Shown here: one piece after another, positions 7,989 through 16,765 of the stretch
Numbering within the stretch: the first letter of the stretch is position 1
Layout: the number at the start of each line of letters is the position of its first letter
Assembly (NCBI GenBank): GCA_002452635.1
Contig: DKEU01000237.1
Location: 1 to 36,739, forward strand
Direction of reading: 5' to 3'
Length of the DNA: 36,739 bases
Source of the DNA: Desulfovibrionaceae bacterium UBA6814
GTDB taxonomy: Bacteria; Desulfobacterota; Desulfovibrionia; Desulfovibrionales; Desulfovibrionaceae
Notes under the pieces: model-generated
What the model was told of the DNA's origin: nothing
The model's input: the letters and a program-made list of their open reading frames with translations, nothing else
Databases searched by the model: none
Made by a program: the position numbers and the translations under genes

Positions 7989-9665
7989 GTGCGCCGCCTC
8001 CTCTGCATCCTCCTCCTGGCGGCCCTGGGCGCGGCGGCCCTGCCGGCGCGGGCCGGAATGCCCGAGCCCCGGGACCCGGCGGACCTGGTGGCCGGCCAGT
8101 GGCTCGCGGCCATGAGCCTGGAGGAGAAGGTCGGCCAGCTCTTCATGGTGTTCTTCGAAGGCCCCACCCTCTCCCCCGGGGCCATGGAGCTCCTGGCCCG
8201 CCGCCGCGCGGGCGGCATCTGCCTGTTCTCCCGCACCGGCAACGTATCGGACCCGGCCCAGGTGGCCCGGCTCACGGCCGAGGCCCGGCGCATGGCCTCG
8301 CCCCTGGACCAGGGGCCGGGGCTGTTCGTGGCCGTGGACCAGGAGGGCGGCCCGGTGGCGCGGCTGACGCAAGGATGCACGGTCATGCCCCCGGCCATGC
8401 TCCTGGGGGCCAGCGGCGACCCGGAGAACGCCCGCCGCGCCGCCCGGATAACCGCCGAGGAACTGACCGCCCTGGGCATCAACGTGAACCTGGCCCCGGT
8501 GCTGGACGTGAACCTGAACCCGGCCAACCCGGTCATCGGCGCGCGCTCCTTCGGCGCGGACCCCGAGGCCGTGGCCCGCTTCGGCCTGGCCGCCCTGGAG
8601 GGCTACGAGGACGGCGGGGTCATGCCGGTGGCCAAGCACTTCCCCGGGCACGGGGACACGGCCGTGGACTCCCACGCCGCCCTGCCCACCCTGCCCCACG
8701 CCCGGGACCGGCTGGAGGCGGTGGAGCTTGCGCCCTTCCGCCGGGCCGTGGCCGCGGGCGCGCCCGCAATCATGACCGCGCACCTGGCGGTCCCGGCCCT
8801 GGACCCGTTGGAGCGGCCGGCCACCTTCTCCCCGCCGGTGCTGGGCCTCTTGCGCGAGGCCGGATTCGACGGGCTCCTTTTCACCGACTCCCTGGGCATG
8901 GGCGCGGTGGCCCGCCACATGGACGCCCCCACCGCGGCCCTGGCCGCCTTCTCGGCCGGGGCCGACGTGCTGCTCTTCGGCGCGGACAAGGATTTCGACC
9001 CCCGGGACCAGGACCGGGCCATGGCCCGGGTGCTGGCCGCGGCCCAGGCCGGCGAGATTCCCGCCGCGCGCCTGGACGCCTCGGTGCGCCGCATCCTGCG
9101 GGCCAAGGCCCGCTTCGACATCAAAGGCAGCCGCGGCCCGGACCCCAGGCGGGCCGCAGCGGCCTGCGGCACGGCCGAGCACCGCGCCGCGGCGCAGGGC
9201 CTGGCCGCGGCCGGCCTCACCCTGGTGCGCCCCGCTCCCGGCCTGCTCCCCCTGGCCCCGGACGCGCCGGTGCTGGCCCTGTGGCCGGGCGGCGACCCGG
9301 ACCTGGCCCGGGCGCTCTCCCTGGCCGCCCCGGGAATGCGGGTGCGGCTGCTCGCCGGCGACCCGGACCCGGAGGAGATCGCGGCGGCCGTGGGCGAGGC
9401 CGCGGCCGCGCCGGTGGTGGTGCTGCTCGCCACCCGCGCCGACCGGAGTCCCGGCCAGGAGAAACTGGGCGCGGCCCTGCCCGGAGAAAAGCTGGTGGTG
9501 GTCTCCCTGGCCGAGCCCTACGACCTGGCCCGGTTCCCCCACGCCGCCGGGCTGGTGGCGGCCTACGGCCGCACCCCCTGCGTGCTGGAGGCCCTGGCCG
9601 CGGCGCTATACGGGCTGGGGCCCATGGGCGGGAAGCTGCCCGTGGCCGTGCCCGGCCTGCCCTGA
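7989..9665 (+). CDS. Exported glycoside hydrolase family 3 protein (beta-N-acetylhexosaminidase, NagZ-like, with C-terminal domain)
   Basis: GTG 7989 is in frame with the 7077-9665 ORF. The signal peptide is VRRLLCILLLAALGAAALPARA. GH3 motifs present are VGQLFM, VDQEGGPVARL, GINVNLAPVLDV and KHFPGHGDT. Confidence 0.85.
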   Translation: MRRLLCILLLAALGAAALPARAGMPEPRDPADLVAGQWLAAMSLEEKVGQLFMVFFEGPTLSPGAMELLARRRAGGICLFSRTGNVSDPAQVARLTAEARRMASPLDQGPGLFVAVDQEGGPVARLTQGCTVMPPAMLLGASGDPENARRAARITAEELTALGINVNLAPVLDVNLNPANPVIGARSFGADPEAVARFGLAALEGYEDGGVMPVAKHFPGHGDTAVDSHAALPTLPHARDRLEAVELAPFRRAVAAGAPAIMTAHLAVPALDPLERPATFSPPVLGLLREAGFDGLLFTDSLGMGAVARHMDAPTAALAAFSAGADVLLFGADKDFDPRDQDRAMARVLAAAQAGEIPAARLDASVRRILRAKARFDIKGSRGPDPRRAAAACGTAEHRAAAQGLAAAGLTLVRPAPGLLPLAPDAPVLALWPGGDPDLARALSLAAPGMRVRLLAGDPDPEEIAAAVGEAAAAPVVVLLATRADRSPGQEKLGAALPGEKLVVVSLAEPYDLARFPHAAGLVAAYGRTPCVLEALAAALYGLGPMGGKLPVAVPGLP

Positions 9666-9753
9666 AAATCCCCGCAATGACACGGCGGTTGATTACCCAG
9701 GCCCGAATTGGTAAGTGAGATGGTTCGCGGCACTCCGCGTAAGGATACACCGA

Positions 9754-10224
9754 ATGAATGTCAAAGAAGACGCCAAGATAGTAAAGCCGTTCCTGCACGC
9801 GGTGGAGAACGTCATCACCACCATGGCCATGGTCGAGGTGAAGGCCGGCAAGCCCTACATCAAGCGCGACTCCGTGGCCAGCGGCGACGTGAGCGGCATC
9901 ATCGGCATGTCCGGGGACCGCAACGGCACCATCTCGGTGACCTTTTCCGAGACGGCCATCAAGGTCATCGTGTCCAACATGCTCGGCGAGGAGATCACCG
10001 AGATGAACCAGGACGTGAAGGACGCGGTGGGCGAGCTGACCAACATGATCTCGGGCCAGGCCCGGCGCGGTCTGGCCGAAATCGGCATGACCATGAACGG
10101 CGGCATCCCCACGGTCATCACCGGCAAGGACCACTCCATCTCCCACATCTCCAAGGACCCCCTGCTGGCCATCCCCTTCGAGACGCCCAACGGCCCGTTC
10201 ACGGTCGAGGTCTCCCTGGAATAG
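9754..10224 (+). CDS. cheX: Chemotaxis phosphatase CheX
   Basis: ATG 9754 gives 156 aa. FLHAVENVITTMAMVEV ... DVSGIIGMSG ... DAVGELTNMISGQAR is the CheX/CheC-type pattern. Confidence 0.8.
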   Translation: MNVKEDAKIVKPFLHAVENVITTMAMVEVKAGKPYIKRDSVASGDVSGIIGMSGDRNGTISVTFSETAIKVIVSNMLGEEITEMNQDVKDAVGELTNMISGQARRGLAEIGMTMNGGIPTVITGKDHSISHISKDPLLAIPFETPNGPFTVEVSLE

Positions 10225-10343
10225 CGCCAGCCCCGCCTTTTTCCCCTCCCGGGTGTTGTGCCACGCCCCGGGAGGAGGTAGCATGGCCTCCGAATCCCCT
10301 GCCGCGCCCCGCCCGGCGGAAAAACGGAATCGGAGGTCCCGCC

Positions 10344-12494
10344 ATGGCCAAGCTCCTCAAGATCCTCGGCATCGCCCTCGGCACGCTGATCGCGCTGGTG
10401 GTCCTCGCCGCCCTGATCCTGCCCCGGGTGGTGAATCCCAACGCCTACAAGACCGAGATCGCGGAGCTGGTGCGCGAGAAGACCGGCCGCACCCTGTCCT
10501 TCGGCGGCGACCTCTCCCTGTCGGTGTTCCCCTGGCTGGGGGTGCGCACCGGCGCCCTGTCCCTGTCCAACGCCCCGGGCTTCGGGGATGCGCCCTTCGC
10601 CGCGGTGTCCGAGGCGGACGTTCGGGTCAAGCTTTTGCCCCTCATCTCCCGCGAGGTGGAGGTGGCCACCGTGGTGGTGCGCGGCCTGTCCCTGAACCTG
10701 GCCCGCGACGCCCAGGGCAAGGGCAACTGGGAGGACCTGGCCGGGGCCAAGGCGGAGCCCGCCCGGGAAATCAAGGAGGAGGACCTGGGCCGCGGCGCGG
10801 CCAAGGCCGACGAGGGCCTGCCCATCACCTCCCTGGCCGTGGGCGGGGTCCGGGTGGAGAAGGCCGCCATCACCTGGGACGACCGCGCCGGCGGCCGGAA
10901 GGTGGCGCTTCGGGACCTGGACCTGACCACCGGCGAACTGGTCCTGGGCCAGCCCGTGGACATCGCCTTCTCCACCCGCGTGGAGTCCGCGGCCCCCAAG
11001 CTGGCCGGCGCCGTCAGCCTCAAGGCCCGCGCCCGGTACGCGCCCGAGGCCAAGCAGAGCTCCCTGTCCGGCCTGGCGCTGCAGGTGGACCTGGCCGGCG
11101 AGGGCCTGCCCGGCGGCAAGCTGGCCGCCAGCCTGGACGCGGACCTGGCCATGGACTACGCCAAGCACCGCCTGGACGTGGCCAACCTCAAGCTGGCCGC
11201 CCTGGGCGTGGAACTCGCGGGCAAGGCCGCGGTGGACAACCTGCCCGCGTCCCCGACGGTCTCCGCCGACCTCACCCTGGCCGAGTGCAACCCCCGCACG
11301 GTGCTGGCCGCCCTGGGCCAGGCCGCGCCCGCGCTCAATGACGAAAAGGCCCTGACCCGGCTGGCCGCGGCCCTGTCCCTCAAGGCCTCGGCCCAGCGGG
11401 CGGAGCTGTCCGGCCTCAAGCTCACCCTGGACGACACCACCCTCACCGGCCGGGCCGCGGCCTGGGATTTCCAGCGGCCCGCGGCCAGCTTCGAGCTGGC
11501 GGCCGACGCCCTGGTCCTGGACCGCTACCTGCCCGCCGGGGGCCAGGACGCCGGCAAGCAGCCCGCGGCCAAGCCCGCAGACAAGGCGGACCCGAAGGCG
11601 GGCAAGGACGCCAAGGCGGGCAAGGACGCCGGCCTGCCCAAGGACACGCTGCGCGCCCTGTTCCTGGACGGCTCGCTCACGGTGGGCTCGCTCACGGCCT
11701 ACGGCGCCAAGCTCACGGACATGAACCTCAAGGTGTCGGCCAAGGACGGGGTGCTCAAGGTCTCGCCCTTCACCGCCGCGCTCTACGGCGGCCGGCTGCA
11801 CACCGACCTGGTGACGGACCTGCGCAAGGACCAGCCCCACACCACCCTGGGCCTGAACCTCTCGGACATGCTCCTGGGCGGCCTGCTCAAGGACGTGCTG
11901 GGCGAGGAGAAGGCCACCGGCACCACCCAGCTCAAGCTGGACCTGGCCGCGGACGGGGAAGACGCGGGGACCCTGGCCCGCAGCCTGGACGGTCTGGCCA
12001 GCGTGGCCCTCAAGAGCGGGGTCATCAAGGGCTTCCAGGTCATTCCCAAGGCGGTGCGCGCCCAGGCCGCGGCCAGCGATCCCAAGAAGCGGGTGGACAC
12101 CGCGGAGAAGGAGCAGGAGTTCTCGGACATCACCGCCACCTTCAAGATCAAGGACGGGGTGGCCCGCACCGGCGACCTGCTGTTCAACGCCGACCACCTC
12201 AAGGTCACGGGCTCGGGCCTGGCGGACCTGGGCAGGCAGGCCGTGGACTACAAGATCAAGGCGGACATCACCGGGATGCCCATGATCCCCTTCACGGTGA
12301 GCGGCCCGTTCGACAACGTGTCCGCCTCCCTGGACGCGGCGGAGTTCGCCAAGGGCCTGGCCATGGGCGCGATCAAGCTGCCCGAGACCGTGGGCAAGGG
12401 CGCGCTGGACGTGGGCAAGGGCGCGCTGGAGAGCATCGGCCAGGGCCTGGGCTCCATCTTCGGCGGGTCCAAGAAGAAGGACGAGAAGCAGTAG
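10344..12494 (+). CDS. AsmA family protein
   Basis: ATG 10344 is preceded by GGAGG (10333-10337). The N-terminal anchor is MAKLLKILGIALGTLIALVVLAALILP. It is followed by a long repetitive beta-rich body, and the C-terminal region matches AsmA-like proteins. Confidence 0.8.
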   Translation: MAKLLKILGIALGTLIALVVLAALILPRVVNPNAYKTEIAELVREKTGRTLSFGGDLSLSVFPWLGVRTGALSLSNAPGFGDAPFAAVSEADVRVKLLPLISREVEVATVVVRGLSLNLARDAQGKGNWEDLAGAKAEPAREIKEEDLGRGAAKADEGLPITSLAVGGVRVEKAAITWDDRAGGRKVALRDLDLTTGELVLGQPVDIAFSTRVESAAPKLAGAVSLKARARYAPEAKQSSLSGLALQVDLAGEGLPGGKLAASLDADLAMDYAKHRLDVANLKLAALGVELAGKAAVDNLPASPTVSADLTLAECNPRTVLAALGQAAPALNDEKALTRLAAALSLKASAQRAELSGLKLTLDDTTLTGRAAAWDFQRPAASFELAADALVLDRYLPAGGQDAGKQPAAKPADKADPKAGKDAKAGKDAGLPKDTLRALFLDGSLTVGSLTAYGAKLTDMNLKVSAKDGVLKVSPFTAALYGGRLHTDLVTDLRKDQPHTTLGLNLSDMLLGGLLKDVLGEEKATGTTQLKLDLAADGEDAGTLARSLDGLASVALKSGVIKGFQVIPKAVRAQAAASDPKKRVDTAEKEQEFSDITATFKIKDGVARTGDLLFNADHLKVTGSGLADLGRQAVDYKIKADITGMPMIPFTVSGPFDNVSASLDAAEFAKGLAMGAIKLPETVGKGALDVGKGALESIGQGLGSIFGGSKKKDEKQ

Positions 12495-12617
12495 CCCGAC
12501 GGTGGGGGCGCTCCCTGATTCGCCTTGATTTGGCTGCGTCCCTGGGGCATTGAACCGGGTGCGGCCGAAGCCTGCCCAGGGAGCGGGAGCGGCCGACTCG
12601 CCCCCCAAGGACGTTGC

Positions 12618-13532
12618 ATGGCCCTCCGCGGATACATTTTCGTGCTCCTGGCCGCCGTGTGCTGGGGCGTCACCGGCCCGTTCGCCAAGCTGGCCTTCAG
12701 CCAGGGCGTGCCCCCCCTGGAGGTGGCCTTCTGGCGCTGCGTCCTGGGCTTCGTTCCCTTCACCCTCCAGGCTTTGCTCCACCCCGACCGGGCCGGCCTG
12801 CGCCTGGCCCCCCGCGACCGCGGGCCCATGCTGGCCTTCGCCCTGCTCTGCGTGGCCGGGTTCTACGGGGTGTACCAGCTGGCGATCCAGGCGGGCGGCG
12901 CGGCCCTGGCCTGCGTGCTCATGTACACCGCCCCGGCCTTCGTGGCGGTCATGGCCTGGCTGGTGCTGGGCGAGCGCATGACCCCGGCCAAGCTGGCCGC
13001 GGTGGCCGCCACCCTGGCCGGGGTGGCCGCGGTGTCCGGGCTGCTCTCCCCGGGCGCGGCCCTGTCCGCCGGGCCGGCGGCCGTCACCTTCGGCCTGCTC
13101 TCGGGCTTCACCTACGCGCTCTACTACATCTTCGGCAAACGCTTCCTGTCGCGCTACCGCACCCCGGTCATCTTCATGTACGCCCTGCCCGTGGGCGCGG
13201 TGGTGCTGTGGCCCCTGTTCGAGTTCGCGGACAAGACCCCCGCCGCCTGGCTGGCCATCGGGGTCTGCGGCATCGTGGCCACCTACCTGGCCTACTCCTT
13301 CTACTACGCCGGCCTGCGTTGCCTGGAGGCCACCCGCGCCGCGGTGGTGGCCACCCTGGAGCCGGTGGTGGCGGCGGTGCTGGCCTTCACCTGGTGGGGC
13401 GAGAGCTTCTCCGGCCCGGCCTACCTGGGCAGCGCCCTGATCCTGGGCGCGGTGGGCCTCACCCTGTGGGACGGCCGGCGCAGCGCCGCCGCGGCCCTGC
13501 GCCGGGCCCAGGGCGCGGAGCTGGCCCCATGA
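12618..13532 (+). CDS. EamA/DMT superfamily transporter
   Basis: ATG 12618 gives 304 aa and about 10 TM helices. The opening is FVLLAAVCWGVTGPFAKLA, and the protein has a duplicated EamA-like organisation. Confidence 0.85.
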   Translation: MALRGYIFVLLAAVCWGVTGPFAKLAFSQGVPPLEVAFWRCVLGFVPFTLQALLHPDRAGLRLAPRDRGPMLAFALLCVAGFYGVYQLAIQAGGAALACVLMYTAPAFVAVMAWLVLGERMTPAKLAAVAATLAGVAAVSGLLSPGAALSAGPAAVTFGLLSGFTYALYYIFGKRFLSRYRTPVIFMYALPVGAVVLWPLFEFADKTPAAWLAIGVCGIVATYLAYSFYYAGLRCLEATRAAVVATLEPVVAAVLAFTWWGESFSGPAYLGSALILGAVGLTLWDGRRSAAAALRRAQGAELAP

Positions 13533-16500
13533 CCCCCCGCACGGACCTGGGTCCGGCCCAGGCCCCCTTTCTCCAGCTCACGGCCTCGGCCGGCTCGGGC
13601 AAGACCTTTGCCCTGACCCGACGCTTCCTGGACCTCCTGGCCGCGGCCGGACCTGCGGACACCACCCGCGCCTGCCGGCGCGACCCGGGCGCGGGCTACG
13701 GCTGGCCGGAAATCCTGGCCGTGACCTTCACCCTCAAGGCCGCGGCCGAGATGCAGGAGCGCATCCTCACCAGCCTCAAGGCCCGCGCCCTGGGCCAGGC
13801 TCCGGACGGTCCGGCCCAGGCCCTGGCCCCGCGCCAGGCGGGCCGCTGGATCGAGCGCCTGCTGCGCCACTTCCACCAGCTCAACGTCCGCACCATCGAC
13901 AGCCTGCTCCACCTCTTCCTGGCCCTGTTCGCCCCGGAACTGGGCCTGCCCCCGGACTTCACCCCGGCCTTCGACCTGGACGAGCTGTTCGACGAGCTCT
14001 ACGACGCGGTGTGCGCCGCAGCCGAGGCCGGGGACGCCGAGGCCCGCCAGGTGCTGGACCAGGCCCAGGCCACCCTGCTGGACCTGGACAACACCCCGGG
14101 CTTCGACCTGTTCGCCCGCACCCGGCAGCGGCTCCTGCCGCTCCTGGCGCTGCGGCTCACGGACCGCACCCCCTACCTGGCCGACCCGGCGCGGCTGCAC
14201 GCCAAGCTGGAGGCCCTGCTCGGGACCCTGCACGCCGCCGCCCGGGACATGACCGCTTCGGTTGCGGCCCACCGCCTGGCCCCGGTGGCGCACTTCCGGA
14301 ATTTCCTGGCCAAGCTGGCGGCCCATACCCTGGACCAGCCGCTCCCCATCTCGGCCTACGGGGCCAAGCCCGGGCTGGACGACTGCCTGCCCAAGGCCGC
14401 CCAGGGCACGGCCCCGGCAGCGGCCGAGACGGCCTACGCCCGGCTGCGCGAGGCCTACGCGGCCTACGTCCTGGGCCGGCCCCTGCTGGTGCGCGCCCGG
14501 GGCCTGGCCGGCTTCCTCAACCTGGCCGACGCCCTGGCCGCGGAGCTGCCGGATCTGGAGCGCCGGCGCGGCCTGCTCCTCAACCTGCTCTGGCCGGAGA
14601 TGGTCAAGGAGGTGCTGGAGAACGGCCCGCCCGAGGCCTTCTGCCGCCTGGGCACCCGGCTGCACCACCTGCTCCTGGACGAGTTCCAGGACACCAGCCG
14701 GCCCCAGTGGGAGGCCATGTACCCCCTGGCCGAGGAGTGCCTGTCCAAGGGCGGCGGGGTGTTCGCGGTGGGCGACGTGAAGCAGGCCATCTACGGCTGG
14801 CGCGGGGGCGACGCCCGGCTCTTTGCGGAGATGGCCGCCCCCGGCGGGCTGTCCCGCATCTGCCCGGTGGTCCGGGACTCCCTGCCCTGCAACTGGCGCA
14901 GCCACCGGGAGGTGGTGGGGTTCGTGAACCGCTGCTTCGGCCCCCTGGGCGACCCGGAGCGCGCCGCAACGGTGGCGTCGGCCATGGCCGCGGCCACGGG
15001 CAAGGACTCGGGCCAGGGCCGGGCCGCGCGGCTGCTGGCCGACTCCCTGGCCCAGGCCTTCGCCGACTGCGAGCAGGAGGTGCCCGCCAAGCACGCGGAC
15101 ACCGCGGGCCTGGTGCGGCTCTACGCGGTGCGCGGCGACAACCGGGACGACCTGTACCAGCGGGCCGAGGCGGTGCTGCGCGAGGTGTTCGCGGATCTGC
15201 GCGGCCGCCGGCCCCTGGCCGACCTGGCGGTATTGGTGCGCAGCAACGCCCAGGCCGCGGCCGTGGCCCGCTGGCTCCTGGCCATGGGCATCCCGGTGGT
15301 CACCGAGAACAGCGTGAGCCTGGCCGAGCACCCCCTGGTGCGCTGGCTGGCCTCCTTCCTGGCCTGGCTGGACTTCCCGGCCGACGACCTGGCCTTCTGG
15401 GCCGTGGTGCAGGCCGACCCCTTCCGCAGCGCCGCGGGCCTGGACCGGGACGAACTGGCGGACTGGCTGGCGTCCGAGGCCCGGCCGCCCCTGTTCGCCG
15501 GGTTCCGGGAGCGGTTCCCCGCTGCCTGGGACGCCTGGCTGGCCCCGTTCCACGCGGGCGCGGGATTCATGACTCCGTACGACGCCCTGCGCGAGGCGTC
15601 CCTGGCCTTCGGGCTGGAACGCGACCCTGCGGACGCGGCCTTCGTGCGCCGCTTCCTGGAGGTGGCCCACGCGGCCGAGAAGGAGGGCCGCCAGACCCTG
15701 TCCGCCTTCCTGGACTGGTGGCGGGACCAAGGCGGGGACGAGGCCCTGCCCCTGCCCGAGACCCTGGACGCGGTGCGCATCATGACCATCCACGGGTCCA
15801 AGGGTCTGGAGTTCCCGGCCGTGGTGGTCCCCTTCCACCACTGGGGCTTCGACCTGTCCGGCCGGCTGGGGTCCGTGGACCTGGACGGCGATGCGCTGCT
15901 CGCCTTCCTGGACAAGGACATGGGCGAGTCCTGGGAAAGCGCCATGGCCGCGTCCCTGCTGGAGGACCTGGACCTGCTCTACGTGGCCTGGACCCGGGCC
16001 AAGGAGGAACTGCACGGGCTGGTCACCCGCAGCGATTTCTACGACAGGCGCTCCCCCATCCTGGCCGCCCTGGACCTGATGCTGGGCGAGAACCCCTGGA
16101 CCATGCAGCGCTGCGGGGTCCCGGCCCTGGAGGTCGGGCAGGTCCCGGCGCCCCGGGCCCCGGCCCCGGCCGCCGCGCCGCCGGAAGCTGCCCCGGAAGG
16201 GCCGGCCGCGCCCCTGGCGCCCGCGCGCACGCCCATGGCCTGGCTGCCCCGGCTCAAGATCCACCGCCATTTCTCCAAGGACGTGTCCCGGGAGGACCTG
16301 TTCACCCGGCCGGGCTTCGACGAGATGGTGCGCGGCACCGTGTTCCACGAGGCCCTGGCCGGGCTGGCCGGCGGCCGCATGGAGCCCGAGGCCGCGGCCC
16401 GCGCGGCCCTGGCCCTGCACGCCACGTCCCTGCCCCCGGAGCCCGGGGAGCGCGACCGTCTGTTCGCCCAGGTGTCGGACGCCCTGGCCTGGGTCCTGGC

Positions 16501-16765
16501 CCGGCCCGACCTGGCCGAGGCCATTGCCGCGGGCCAGGCCGAACAGACCGTGCTGGACGCGGACGGACAGCTCCACCGCGCCGACCTGGTGGCCCTGTTC
16601 CCGGACCGCACCGTGGTGCTGGAGTACAAGACCGGCGGCGCGGACCCGGCCTACCCGGAGCAGGTGCGCCGCTACCTGGGCCTGCTGGCTGCGGCTGACC
16701 CGGGCCGGCCCGCGCGGGGCTTCCTGGTCTACCTGGACCGCAAGACCGTGGAGGAGGTAGCCTAG
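13529..16765 (+). CDS. AddA-like UvrD-family helicase with C-terminal PD-(D/E)XK nuclease domain
   Basis: ATG 13529 overlaps the upstream stop (ATGA). The Walker A is ASAGSGKTF. Helicase motifs are LLDEFQDTS, GDVKQAIYGWRGG, NWRSHREV, TIHGSKGLEFPAVVV and YVAWTRAKEEL. The nuclease region is GTVFHEAL ... ADLVALFPDRTVVLEYKTG ... QVRRYL. Confidence 0.85.
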   Translation: MTPRTDLGPAQAPFLQLTASAGSGKTFALTRRFLDLLAAAGPADTTRACRRDPGAGYGWPEILAVTFTLKAAAEMQERILTSLKARALGQAPDGPAQALAPRQAGRWIERLLRHFHQLNVRTIDSLLHLFLALFAPELGLPPDFTPAFDLDELFDELYDAVCAAAEAGDAEARQVLDQAQATLLDLDNTPGFDLFARTRQRLLPLLALRLTDRTPYLADPARLHAKLEALLGTLHAAARDMTASVAAHRLAPVAHFRNFLAKLAAHTLDQPLPISAYGAKPGLDDCLPKAAQGTAPAAAETAYARLREAYAAYVLGRPLLVRARGLAGFLNLADALAAELPDLERRRGLLLNLLWPEMVKEVLENGPPEAFCRLGTRLHHLLLDEFQDTSRPQWEAMYPLAEECLSKGGGVFAVGDVKQAIYGWRGGDARLFAEMAAPGGLSRICPVVRDSLPCNWRSHREVVGFVNRCFGPLGDPERAATVASAMAAATGKDSGQGRAARLLADSLAQAFADCEQEVPAKHADTAGLVRLYAVRGDNRDDLYQRAEAVLREVFADLRGRRPLADLAVLVRSNAQAAAVARWLLAMGIPVVTENSVSLAEHPLVRWLASFLAWLDFPADDLAFWAVVQADPFRSAAGLDRDELADWLASEARPPLFAGFRERFPAAWDAWLAPFHAGAGFMTPYDALREASLAFGLERDPADAAFVRRFLEVAHAAEKEGRQTLSAFLDWWRDQGGDEALPLPETLDAVRIMTIHGSKGLEFPAVVVPFHHWGFDLSGRLGSVDLDGDALLAFLDKDMGESWESAMAASLLEDLDLLYVAWTRAKEELHGLVTRSDFYDRRSPILAALDLMLGENPWTMQRCGVPALEVGQVPAPRAPAPAAAPPEAAPEGPAAPLAPARTPMAWLPRLKIHRHFSKDVSREDLFTRPGFDEMVRGTVFHEALAGLAGGRMEPEAAARAALALHATSLPPEPGERDRLFAQVSDALAWVLARPDLAEAIAAGQAEQTVLDADGQLHRADLVALFPDRTVVLEYKTGGADPAYPEQVRRYLGLLAAADPGRPARGFLVYLDRKTVEEVA

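Noticed and set aside
10245-10275. 9-bp inverted repeat CCTCCCGGG...CCCGGGAGG after cheX, with an SD-like GGGAGGAGG and an out-of-frame ATG at 10282
   Set aside because: No U-tract follows it, so it is not a convincing terminator. The ATG 10282 frame is the Arg/Pro-rich artefact ORF 10253-11341. The asmA start at 10344 has its own Shine-Dalgarno and a proper TM anchor.
9855-12782. 975-aa ORF antisense to cheX and asmA
   Set aside because: The composition is a high-GC artefact. The plus-strand AsmA and CheX calls have a clear Shine-Dalgarno, a TM anchor and family motifs.
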